64,000 nucleotides of DNA from Oopsacas minuta (lineage: Eukaryota > Animalia > Porifera): positions 1 to 64,000 of the forward strand of contig JAKMXF010000023.1 of assembly GCA_024704765.1 (NCBI GenBank), read 5' to 3'. Below, piece by piece: positions 36,014-46,764 of this stretch. The position numbers and the translations under genes are program-made. The notes below the pieces were generated by a model. The model was not told where the DNA came from and did not search any database. It saw only the letters and a list, made by a program, of their open reading frames with translations. Numbering within the stretch: the first letter of the stretch is position 1; every line of letters begins with the position of its first letter.

Positions 36014-38125
36014 TCAAAAGAAATCAATCTTCTTAAGATAACTGCCAACAGAAGACCAAACACCTTCTTTGGTCTGCTTTTCTTCTCTAATCTTTATCTT
36101 ATATGCTTCAAACGGGTCAAATCCTTCCTCGGTAACCTTGGCTAGATTATCCACCTTCATCTTAACATCATTAAGGTGTACGATCCGATCTTCCCACCCA
36201 GGTTCAGGATTAGCTTTCTCAGATTCTATTAGAATGCGGATGTATTCACCAGTGGAGAGTGGATTCGGTTTAAGAGCTATCTCATTTAGTTTGTTAATGC
36301 TCTTGCGCAATACTTCCGTTATGCAAACTACTTTTATCTGTACTGCTTCAAATTCGTCTACCATCTCATCGACTATCTGTGTGGCAGATTTCACCTTACC
36401 ACTTGCATCTAGGTATCTCATTTTGAGATCCTCAGATGTTTTCTTAACCTCCCTACGTTCTGTTGTAAAATAATATCGCATATTCTTGTGTTGAGTCCAA
36501 CTACACCTATTATAGCAAACTGTACACTTGGCGTTGTCTCTTCCGCCCCCATCCATAGCAGCACAGCCATGTTTCTCATCATCTGCAATAGGACACGGAT
36601 AATGACACGTAAAATTACACGTCAGACAAATAGTCACGTAGGTATTTTGAGGAAGATCATGTTTAACCATTGTGTCTTCATTTACTATGTAAGTAAAATC
36701 TTTATTACGAGCAAGATCGGATTTATGTTGCTCCACCACTGCAACTTCTCTCTTCAGTTGCTCCAACTTATTTAATCCAAGCTGTATTTCGGACTGTAAA
36801 CCCACAATTTGCGTTTCAATTCTTTCCCTCTCTTCAAGAACTGACTTAGTTTGGATTAATGATTTAGGTTGGATCTTTGAAAAATGACTGAAAAACTTTT
36901 CAAAACTTCTCATCCCCATCTGCCAGAACATGGAAGCGAATTCATCTTCTGTTGTATTATCATCGAAAATTACCGAATTATTGAATTTGAAGAATTCCTG
37001 AAAAGGCATACGAGCTTCATTAATGCCATTCAAGACCTGAGGCGCTTTACCATCTGCGAATGTTAGTAAAAGATATATAATCCCTCCAATATCTTTCCCA
37101 AATAATGCCAGAATTTGATCAAATACGTATTTTTGAGTGAAGGTAAGTCGAGGAAGTGATGATTGAGCTATAAACCCCACAGCATCAATGTGATCTATTC
37201 CCTGAGCCCCTGGAATAGTGAAGAAGTTGTGGATCTGTTTTGTAATCTCTGCATCTCTCTGGATACCCCTAGTATCTCCGAAACCTGGTGTATCAATGAT
37301 TGTTAATGTGTGATTAATTTTAAATCCCTTTCGATGGTGAATAGTGTAAGCAGTTATCCATGAAGTTGGACTATGTGCCTGACTCCTACCTCCATCGCCA
37401 TCCTCTGTCTCAGTGACCAATTTGAACCTGAACTCGTCAGTATACTTAACTCCAAACAAATAGTTGATCATACTATTGATGAGAGTAGTTTTTCCAGAGC
37501 CAGTAGCTCCCAGTATCATTATCACTTTTTCATTCTTCACATATGATCCAGTTTTTGATTTCCCAAATTCAAACTTTTTAATCTGAGTAGTTGCACTGTA
37601 AGATGTCTGATTTAATTTGAGTTTGTAGATCTTAACGGTTGGTAATTGTGCACACATTTGTGATTGTTTTATGATTTCTGCTTTTAACCTGTTATTGATA
37701 TTTTCGATATTTTCATGCTCGATTTCTTCCTTTGTTTTAGTGTAAACAATTGAACTTAGCTTAGATGTGATAGAAGAAAATCCTGGTAAAGTCCACCCGG
37801 TTTTCTTCGTGTCTGCTTTGGAATTCCTGTCAATAGCAGAAGATTTTACAGGCTTGATTTCCTCTTCATTTACAGATTCTACTTGTTGGTCATTTTCAAC
37901 CTGAGAGGAATATGTAGTTGTTGCGATATTAGGTTGTGGAAGTGTCCGATTGACAGGTGTTAATGGATCTTGTTGTTGTTGCTGTTGTTGTTGAGTATTT
38001 TGGGCTCCCGTGGTTCTCTCATTTCGATTCGACTGCGAAATTAAGTCTCTTTGAATTTTGATAATATAGGAGAGCAAAAAGATGAAACAAATAGTTATCA
38101 GTAGAGAGAACAGTTCTAGAAGCAT
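36014..38125 (-). CDS. Membrane-anchored septin-like/TRAFAC P-loop GTPase with Cys-rich zinc-binding region and coiled coils, 703 aa
   Basis: N-terminal hydrophobic anchor and polyQ; G1 GATGSGKT, G3 DTPG, G4-like TFAD; FKFNNS; C-terminal CLTCNFTCHYPC..C..CTVC..C...H; long coiled coils; intronless. Confidence 0.88.
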   Translation of the reverse strand: MLLELFSLLITICFIFLLSYIIKIQRDLISQSNRNERTTGAQNTQQQQQQQQDPLTPVNRTLPQPNIATTTYSSQVENDQQVESVNEEEIKPVKSSAIDRNSKADTKKTGWTLPGFSSITSKLSSIVYTKTKEEIEHENIENINNRLKAEIIKQSQMCAQLPTVKIYKLKLNQTSYSATTQIKKFEFGKSKTGSYVKNEKVIMILGATGSGKTTLINSMINYLFGVKYTDEFRFKLVTETEDGDGGRSQAHSPTSWITAYTIHHRKGFKINHTLTIIDTPGFGDTRGIQRDAEITKQIHNFFTIPGAQGIDHIDAVGFIAQSSLPRLTFTQKYVFDQILALFGKDIGGIIYLLLTFADGKAPQVLNGINEARMPFQEFFKFNNSVIFDDNTTEDEFASMFWQMGMRSFEKFFSHFSKIQPKSLIQTKSVLEERERIETQIVGLQSEIQLGLNKLEQLKREVAVVEQHKSDLARNKDFTYIVNEDTMVKHDLPQNTYVTICLTCNFTCHYPCPIADDEKHGCAAMDGGGRDNAKCTVCYNRCSWTQHKNMRYYFTTERREVKKTSEDLKMRYLDASGKVKSATQIVDEMVDEFEAVQIKVVCITEVLRKSINKLNEIALKPNPLSTGEYIRILIESEKANPEPGWEDRIVHLNDVKMKVDNLAKVTEEGFDPFEAYKIKIREEKQTKEGVWSSVGSYLKKIDFF

Positions 38126-39429
38126 GGTAACCAGATATTAGTTCATAACATATAGATATGAAACTTGTATTTATAGTAAATATTGTATTTTCTAATCTTC
38201 TGTTTTGTAACAAGAAGTTGTACATTATCTAAACTGATAACATCAGTTCCAATTTCAAACCAATAATTCAAAGTTTCACACAATGACTAACTCATCTTCT
38301 GATTCACGATTTCTTCGTGTGTGGTAGCAAATACACTCCAATATCCTATGTATATTACGTCAATCGCACTGAGCCTAGCCGACTAATTCTTGCCATGCAA
38401 CAAAGATGATAATACCTTTCATGTCATATCATCAGATCACTTTTCAAAAGGGAGGCTGTCACCAAATCAGTCTGAACAATTCTACCATCTTAGGGAACAA
38501 ATATTGTGTTGCTTACAATTTCCAATCGTCTTTTGTCTGCAATATATTCAAATTTACAAAGTGTCTATATTATTAAAATCAATATTGTTAAATCTTAAAG
38601 ATTGTCTGTCTGTTTCAGGCCCGGCGGAGTAGGGGCGGCTGGGCCGCCTGAGCCACCCCACTTTTTATGTGGATCTTTCATATATTTCAAAGTACTCAGC
38701 GCATGCACTGAAATTCAATTAATGTCATAAGCCTTTAGTATAATAGATACAAATTTGTAAGTAATTACTAGTAAATTCAGCCATTTTTTGGATTGTTATA
38801 TAATTATTAGTTATCAGTTTGTGTTGAGATTTTATGTTCTATTAGCACCACAGAATTTGATGTTTGTAATAATGTACTCTCTCTGAGAGCGTTCTACTCG
38901 GTTCCAACTCAGATAACATCTCAGTATACATTTGGTATAATTCGAGACATCACTTCAAATAATTCAGAGACATTTGTGCAGTAGTTTAGGGTTGCAACTA
39001 TTGGAGGTTAAATGTACTAAGCTCCCTAATGCAGCAACCCACTACCTCATTCTTTCGAATAGATCCCCTGATGACCAATATCCCGTTATCAAAGATGAAA
39101 TACCCCTCGAATGGGATGCATATTGTCGCAAGATCTCCTTTTCTTACCACTTATCGCCTATAAAGATTTTATCAATAATTCGTTGTGATATTAATAGTAT
39201 AGTTACTATAATTGTTGGTGATATTGTTTTGATTTATAGTTATGTATCTCAACTTTGATTTGCATTGAGAAGAAATGTAGTCTCTAGGGGAGTAGTTCTC
39301 AAACTTTAAGACTCCATTTCATAATCAAAATGTATATTTGAGGGGTTCTCGATCCCCTCAAATTCACGTATCAACTCTGCGATCATCACAATTCAATGCC
39401 GCCCCAACTCTCGCGCAAGCTTCTGACGA

Positions 39430-39830
39430 GCTTAGTCTGTTTGTTTGTTTGTTTGTTCATGGCAGGGAAGTATTTACGGTATGAAATATTGAAATTGTCG
39501 CATAACTATGTATTTCTCGTGTTTATCAATGAAGTAAATAGAATTCAAAAACTTTCTCAAAATATATCGACCATGCTGAATCCGATTTTCACACTTATGG
39601 ATTAATCATATGTACATTTATTGTTGTTTTTATGAATATAAAGTAAACAATTTCAAATTGAGGTAGAATCATACTTTCAAAGACTATCCTGGGGTATTTG
39701 AGTATGCTGAGTCCGAATATTGTAAACAACATTAATATTATTTAATCTCAATTGTTGTTGTCTGTTTGTTTGTTCATAGAATACTTCGAGGAATAATGCG
39801 CCGAGTTCATCGCAAAGCGACGAGCCTTTG
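39430..39830 (+). mobile_element. Helitron-like non-autonomous family B copy
   Basis: (TGTT)n head; internal block matching 29450-29600; 3' GCGCCGAGTTCATCGCAAAGCGACGAGCC matching 29343-29371. Confidence 0.65.
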
Positions 39831-40082
39831 GCTCAGTTAATCATATTTTTCGTTATCTTGGTCGTGGGTACAAGTACTTATCTCCTTCAGGAGAACTTTC
39901 AATTGCAGTTGTTACAGTATGTCCTTATGTATGGTTAATACCACTTAATTATCTGTTAAAGTAATTAATAATTCATAAAGTAGAATGAATGATTAATTAC
40001 TGTGGGATATAGAAACTCTACTTAGAGTCGTTTTAATAGTTTATAAATACTGGATATACTCTATAAGCTATACTATGTATAA

Positions 40083-40245
40083 TAGAGGTGTTCAAACGTT
40101 ACGTAACGCTACAAGGGGTAGGGGTGATATGCCAGGTGTGACAGCGCCATCCTTTTTGTATAACAAAACGGTCCAAAAACGTGACACAGGGAGGGGGTGT
40201 CAATATTTATGGAAATCGCGTTACGTAACGTTTCTACGGCCCATA
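40083..40245. mobile_element. Short MITE-like inverted-repeat element
   Basis: Inverted AAACGTTACGTAACGC (40094-40109) / GCGTTACGTAACGTTT (40218-40233), with degenerate termini. Confidence 0.6.
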
Positions 40246-40703
40246 TATAACAATAAGAATAAAAGAGCACCCAAAGGGTTCTACCTGTGGACACGAAGTG
40301 TTCGCGAGCCGCGTAGCGCAAGAAAGTGAAACTTGTTGTTCTAAATAATTATACATATCTGAATTGGTAACCATTCATGTATATATGATTTCATTTTTAA
40401 CGTATAGGAAAATTCAATAAATTCTTTAATGAATATCAAAATATGACATCTTCAAAATTGTTAGTTGATTTCATTTGCAAAATTCCTGGATATTCTAGTA
40501 ATTCTCTAGGCATCCAAGTTTTACATCAAAATAACAACAATTTATCAAAGAAATAACCCAATTCCTTGATATTGTATGATGTAAGATCCCGGGATAATCC
40601 AGGGATCCTTAATTCACTATATACAACTTTGGGAAGCTCCCCTGTATTCGTATACATGGAAGAGTTTTAGATTAAAATATTAGAAATATTGTTTCAAAAG
40701 ATG

Positions 40704-40778
40704 GTTAATATATCTAGTTTGTTCCAAACCAGTGTTCTTATATCCGGCACAAATTATCTAAGTTGATTAATACGTCTT
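40704..40778 (+). repeat. Dispersed repeat of about 75 bp (second copy 50403-50477)
   Basis: gttaatatatctagttt..gcacaaattatctaagttgattaatacgtctt occurs at both sites. Confidence 0.8.
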
Positions 40779-41389
40779 GAAATGCAACGGACTATTACAA
40801 AGATCTTAATTATGTAACAGGAGGAAGCTAGACTCGTAGGAATTTGTCTATCGAGTAGAGAGATTCAAACATGTGCGCCTACATAACTTTGCCCACTAAA
40901 CACAATGCACCTCTCTACCAGTGTTGATTTATGCTTTCTTGACAAATGATACAATAATGCAGTAACGCAAAGCATGTTAAAATACTAATCAGGAAACTAT
41001 CATAAGCTATACGTAACTACCACGTATTACATAGAACAGAAAAATTTCAAAAGTTAACCAAGAAATTGATTTTGCACCAAATATTCAAAAGAAATTACAA
41101 ATGCTGTCAAAGTTGCACTTGTCAAAGACAAAGTAGCCTCCATGGAGAGTTTGCCGCTATACATAGAAGGCTTAAGGAGGTCGATAGTTATTCAAATCAC
41201 GCTACGTTACTGTATTTGTGTGTAGTTAAGCAGGATTAACCGTAAAGTAATTCATTATCAAACATTTTTCCGAAGAAACTAAAAGTAACTAAAAAGATAA
41301 AATCCTATAAATATGAATGAAAGGGGAAATAGCAATTCTATTAATTACAGGTTGTATAGCAATTCATACTTGTCTCTATCTCTAAGAGT

Positions 41390-41911
41390 TTAAGACTCAC
41401 TAGCTAAGAACTTGAGAATTTCCTCAATAGATACTCTTTCATCAGGATTGTTGTATTTCTCTTTGAAGCGATTCATTTCTTTTGTGCTCAATAAAGTACT
41501 TCTTAGTAGGAGTCTCATAGAGCGAATTGAAATTTTATGCTTGAATAGTATGCCTCCAACTTTCAAATTCATGGAATTATCTGATTGTACGTAAAAAACC
41601 TTTGCCATCTTCTTGTGGAATTCTGGATTGAACTTACTTATCGTAGTGTTACTTCCTTTATCTATTTGTTGTATCTGATCTTTAAGCTCCTTGATAACAG
41701 TATTCTGGATAAATTCTATCCCTCCGATAGCTTTCCTAACAGATAAACACATTTCACTAATTCTATCCCTACAGGTATTTTCAGGAGTATCGTTTGTAAT
41801 CCAAGTCCATTTGTTATTAACAGGCTTGCCGTGAATGAGAAAAATCCCATCCATATCCATATCCATATCCATGTCATTTTTGCGTGGATATCCAACAACC
41901 AGGATATCCAT
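41390..41911 (-). CDS. Hypothetical ORF, probably chimeric (first ~30 codons read from a hAT end; remainder an unknown protein fragment)
   Basis: 173-aa ORF. The MDMDMD segment is the ATATCC tandem repeat inside 41821-41930. Confidence 0.35.
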   Translation of the reverse strand: MDILVVGYPRKNDMDMDMDMDGIFLIHGKPVNNKWTWITNDTPENTCRDRISEMCLSVRKAIGGIEFIQNTVIKELKDQIQQIDKGSNTTISKFNPEFHKKMAKVFYVQSDNSMNLKVGGILFKHKISIRSMRLLLRSTLLSTKEMNRFKEKYNNPDERVSIEEILKFLASES

Positions 41912-42450
41912 GGATATTTCAAAGGCCTAGAACATCTTGTCTATAACGGCCATTCAAGGCTAGTAGTGACTATTGTGTACAGGTAACCGCTATGTAGATG
42001 TAGATTACTAATGAAAATCTATTCATATACTAAACGTTATACTGAAGCTCTAGATATTATGTAAACTGTCATTCATAAACTCTTCGATATCACTATCGTC
42101 TTCAAATGACAGGGGCATGGGCTCATTGTTGATGACCATCGCAACTTCCTTTGGCTCAATTACAATTCCCAGCTTCTTGATTATTGTGATATACATTTTC
42201 TGGTATCTGATGTATACTAATCTCTTCATGACCGCCGGTGACATTCTCTTTCTCGTTTTTGAAAGTAGGTTGCCGGCCTGGCTGAACAACCTCTCCACGG
42301 CTGCAGAAGACATTGATGCCGAGAAAATTATCTTTGCACAGGTGCCAGATGTATTAAGACACTTTACCGCCAAAACTGAGTTGGATCCTTCATTGGTACC
42401 CGGGTGTCTCTGAATTCTTGGAGCACTATACCAAGGGTAGTAGCCTTTGG
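41821..42450 (-). mobile_element. 3' end of a hAT transposon (hATC dimerisation-domain remnant plus terminal repeat)
   Basis: DPTQFW (frameshift) ..SMSSAAVERLFSQAGNLLSKTRKRMSP. The terminus CAGGCTTG at 41821 matches the first 8 bp of the hAT MITE TIR at 20670. ATATCC subterminal repeats. Confidence 0.75.
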
Positions 42451-42452
42451 CN

Positions 42453-42590
42453 CATGTAAAGAAATTATGCTCCTTACCATTGTCGAATAATACAGTTCAG
42501 AGACGAATTTCAGACATGTCAAATGACAGAAGCAAGCAAGTCATAGCAGAAATTAAAAATACTCCTTTTGGCTTTTCTTTGATTAATTCA
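42453..42590 (+). mobile_element. Short Buster/ZBED5-like transposase fragment
   Basis: LPLSNNTVQRRISDMSND..QVIAEIKNTPFGFS; begins right after an ambiguous base (n at 42452). Confidence 0.75.
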
Positions 42591-42650
42591 TACTTTCACT
42601 ATAAATTTTCATTTTCTATGATGTTACAAAAATATTACTAAATCGTATAT

Positions 42651-43375
42651 CTAAAGCTGCTGCTGTTGATCTTTTTCTAAAAGTCTCTGCTTTTTATGAC
42701 GATAATACTCCCTCTGCTCTTCAATCAGCTGTAGTTGAGCCGAGAATACTTCCATCTGTTTAAGGAGCACTTCTCGTTGCAGAGGAAGTAAATCAGAGAC
42801 CGATGTTGGCTGTTCGATGCTCCTCTTACGCCTACGCCTTCCCTCTGGACGACTGTTAACAACAGTAACTTCTGGTCCCTCAAACACTGGCGTTACTTCT
42901 CTGCTTTCGCTAATCTCGGTCTGTGAAGGCAATGCTGTTGGGGCTTGAAACATATCAACACTACCACATATTCCAGTGAACGCTGGCGTACTTGAGAACA
43001 TCTGTGATACTCTCTCCGTCACAGATGTGGATAATTCCCTATCGGAGCTTAGGATCCGGATGTCTTCATCCTTCATTTCATCAGCTTCATTTGGCCCTCT
43101 TCCTGTTCTCCTCGCTTCCCTTCGACTGGAATCTACACGGGCTTTTTCGGAACCTTATAGATTGTTGCACTTCTTTTTTACATCTTTCACATCTCGGTTG
43201 TTGCCATGGATGGAATTGATTTTCCTCATAACGTTGTTCCAAAGCCTCGTCTTTTTTTATTTATCTCCGCGCACTGACCAGCAGTACCTCTCAATATAGC
43301 TCCAGCATCCTGGATTGCCTCAATGAGTGTATACTCCTCCTCCTTTGCCCAATTTACTTTGCGACCTTTGTCCAT
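42651..43375 (-). pseudogene. Myb/SANT-like DNA-binding protein (Harbinger accessory ORF), disrupted
   Basis: RKVNWAKEEEYTLIEAI..LWNNVMRKINS..RDVKDVKKKCNNL*; a -1 slip in the A-run near 43255 and a TAA at 43155-43157; C-terminal coiled coil. Confidence 0.82.
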
Positions 43376-43573
43376 ACTCTTGCTTTGGAATATCAATAAC
43401 CCTCACCAATTTATAGTTTCATAATGCAATAACTAGCTCCCAATTCAAGTGCGATACTTGACACATCTCACAAGTAAATATCCCAACTTCAAAGACCAAC
43501 ATCCTACTTAGATGTTTCAAAACTACAAATTCCATGTACCTTATAATCATTAACTGTGCAAAATGTTACATAT

Positions 43574-44252
43574 CTACATCATAACATATATGATATGTGA
43601 ATTTAGTTGTTGAAATCTTGAATAGAAAATTGATCCCTTCCAAATCCGTGAATCGTGAACAGACCCAGGAAAACGTGCCAATACATCACTAAACATTCCA
43701 TCTGGTTGGCAAATAGCTTGGACGTTAATTGAGTGGTAAAAATGCCGATTTATATAATCTGCTTCATTTTCCGAGGGTCTTTGGATTCGTATGTGTGTTC
43801 CGTCAATTAATCCTACTACGCCTGGAAAGTGAGCAATCTCATAAAACTTGTTTTTCACTTCTACCCTCTTGAGACCAGCAGGCAAACTAACAAACTGATG
43901 GTAGATAGCTTGCAAACCCAGAGAAACATCTCGGATATAACGAGAGGCAGAAGCTTGGCTTACGTTTATCCCATCTCCACAAATTATCTGGAAGGTTCCA
44001 GAAGCGAAAATTGAAGTGCCGCATAAACTTGCAAGTGAGGGGAAGCAGCATAAGAACGCTCGGTGAAATTCAAATAGTTAGTTATCAACTCTGTGATCTT
44101 AGATATTGAAACTCTAGAGAAACGGAAACGTCGAATAAGTTCCATACCATCATAACAATCAGGGGATCATTGAGATCCCTGAAAACTCGTTGACGTGCCA
44201 TTGAGGAAGAGGTTTCTTCTTCTGCGAGAAATAGTGGAATCATCTGTGCCAT
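43574..44252 (-). mobile_element. PIF/Harbinger (HARBI1-like) transposase remnant
   Basis: RVFRDLNDPL..; FPGVVGLIDGTHIRI..YINRHFYHSINVQAIC..ARFPGSVHDSRIW. Frameshifted and C-terminally truncated; lies upstream of the Myb/SANT ORF on the same strand. Confidence 0.9.
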
Positions 44253-44817
44253 TTGTTTATATTAAAATACTTGAATATTTATATACTATATTTGATCATA
44301 AATTGTATTTATCAAAACAGTCATTAGTGTAACTTGGAATGTAGGATTCAGAATTATATTATTTAACATCACGTACAAAGTAATGCATTCCTTAGTAACA
44401 CATATGTTATATCATAAACGTTCGACACCATATTTAGTAATATGCAAAAGGTGTGAAATATGATAAATCTGTGAATTCGATACTATCAGGCTCTGAAAAC
44501 TTAAAATCGGACTCTACGCACCCGATCACCCCTGACAACATGTTAAAACCTAATCTCTAGCATGTTTGATGTTTTTGAATTTTATATAGAAAGGTGTGAA
44601 CAACGACTGGTGGGTTTTTTTCTAGAGAGTATTGGTCACCAGAAAAAAACAATTTAGTATTGTCACAAGGCGCGGATCTGATCTCCTGCATCGGCCAATA
44701 TTTGGCGAAATACTGACAATATAAGTTGATGATTAGAAAACTTATCCAAATTGAATTCTAAGAAATAACAACGTAAAATTCTGAACTATATAGCTAGATT
44801 AGCTTCGCTTAAAATAA

Positions 44818-46185
44818 CTACAAATACAAGCCTAAACTAAAAATAGAATAGTAAAATAAATTAAAATTAAGTATTATATTCTCTGCCATCATCCTCATCC
44901 CGTAATGATAATTTTGCTTCAATTTTCTGAAAACATAGAAACAAATTGCAGAGGCTGATAGGCAGAGTGACAGCGAAGTTATTGAAAGAAAGAAAAGAAA
45001 TCTAGCTACACATATGAGGATAATCAGAAAGATCGGGATTAAGATACACAAAGAAGATAGAACTTGTGTTACCCTATTCTTCTCTTCTTTCATCTTCCTG
45101 GCATATAGTTCTGCTGGACCACCAATGAACTCTTTATTATGACGTCTCTCTCTCATCATATTACATTGTGATAAGATACTCTCTTCAAGATCATGTCCAG
45201 ATGTTGTATCAGACATCCAAATGTATCTATCTCCAGCCTTTTTCACTAGTTCGCTAATACCCACGTTTCCTTCAATGGATCTCATCACCTCTTCACGAAA
45301 ATCTTTTGATTTCCTTCTGAATGAGAATAGTATGCTCGTGTAGTCCCACCAATAGTGCTCTGTTTGATGATCCATTCGATAGTACTGAGAATATGGAAGG
45401 TCTGTTATCATTTCCTTCATGTTTGTACTGAATATTTCATTTTGACTGACCAATAATAATATGAGAGTAATGCCTTCTCCATGATGGTCATGACTGCCAA
45501 CCAATTTTCTTATTTTCTCATCAACATCAGGTTCTTGTATTCCCTGGAATAAATCAAGATCTGGATAACAATAGAACTTCAGTCGTACATGCTCCAATTC
45601 TATTACATTATCTTCGTTAGTAATTTGGAGTTTTTCTAGAACTTCTGAAGACTTCACCATATTGTTCCCGTGAATCAATATTGTGTAAGATGGTTTGGAG
45701 ATTTGGTAAATTCCATATAGAATTCTATTAACGTAGGTTTGTTCTAGTAGAGTTGAGTTTACACAGATAAAACGATGATTGACACTGTTGAGTAGAAATT
45801 TCCATGAATCGAATTCTTCACATTTTTGTCTCAATATTTGTCCCAGTATTCCTTCATCAAGAGTTTGACTGATTTCGTCTGCATGAGTGAATACAATCAT
45901 TGCATTACGGAAAAAGTTCAGAGATGAAAGGGCAAGGCTGTTGGCCTGATCCTTTAGCCAATTTAACCAATTCACCGCGGGCACTCTCAAAGTTATGGGA
46001 ACAACAATAAGAACTATCGTGTGTTGAGATCTGTTTTGGAGAAACTTCGTCAATATATTTGTAGCATTCTTTACCTCAATACCTTCCAAACATTCCACCC
46101 ATATTCCTCCCTGTTTTAACATTATCTGTAGAGCAGCCATCCCACTGTTGTTATCCCCAATCAGTAAGAATTTGCTGGTATTCAT
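44818..46185 (-). CDS. Double AIG1/GIMAP-like domain protein with degenerate P-loops and C-terminal TM segments, 455 aa
   Basis: FLLIGDNNSGM, NAMIVFTHAD, RFICVNS; second unit LILLLVSQ..FS..M, YWWDYTSILFS, ISELVKKAGDRY; hydrophobic C-terminus. Confidence 0.7.
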   Translation of the reverse strand: MNTSKFLLIGDNNSGMAALQIMLKQGGIWVECLEGIEVKNATNILTKFLQNRSQHTIVLIVVPITLRVPAVNWLNWLKDQANSLALSSLNFFRNAMIVFTHADEISQTLDEGILGQILRQKCEEFDSWKFLLNSVNHRFICVNSTLLEQTYVNRILYGIYQISKPSYTILIHGNNMVKSSEVLEKLQITNEDNVIELEHVRLKFYCYPDLDLFQGIQEPDVDEKIRKLVGSHDHHGEGITLILLLVSQNEIFSTNMKEMITDLPYSQYYRMDHQTEHYWWDYTSILFSFRRKSKDFREEVMRSIEGNVGISELVKKAGDRYIWMSDTTSGHDLEESILSQCNMMRERRHNKEFIGGPAELYARKMKEEKNRVTQVLSSLCILIPIFLIILICVARFLFFLSITSLSLCLSASAICFYVFRKLKQNYHYGMRMMAENIILNFNLFYYSIFSLGLYL

Positions 46186-46764
46186 GCTACATACAATAAA
46201 TAAATGGATTATTAAGCAGAAAAGTATACGAGAAATCTCTCAGATTTATTGTGAAAATTACAGCTAATTTTGAATCCAATTTAAATATTCAACTATTACA
46301 GATTATCAGTGAGTCTCACGGTTATTCACTGAAAGAAAAGTAGAATTTTAACCAAATTTTGTTTCTTCACTTTACATTTGATGCTAAATTGACAAATCTC
46401 ACACATTTTGGGAAGAAATCTCACGACTTGATGAGACACCAGATTGCATCTATCAAATGTATTCTCACGATAAACCAAATATAGTAGAACTAGAATTTGA
46501 GTGACGCACCAAGTCATATGCGAGTTTTGAATATGCAAGGCACTACTCTAACAAAGGAAATTCTAGGAAATTAACAAATCTAATCGGTAAAGTAGTCAAT
46601 GGTCTCTTCTCATGGACCTTACATAGAGCTTACAGCGCTCTTATAACTCCAATTTTATAGATAGACACGGATTTATAAATAGCTCGAACACAACATAAAT
46701 AACAATTGACAAGTAATAGTAAAGAATTAATTAAATAACACAGCTGCCGAACAGGTATCACTAA

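Noticed and set aside
37968-37994. CAA/CAG polyQ tract
   Set aside because: Short in-frame low-complexity linker of the GTPase; not an independent element.
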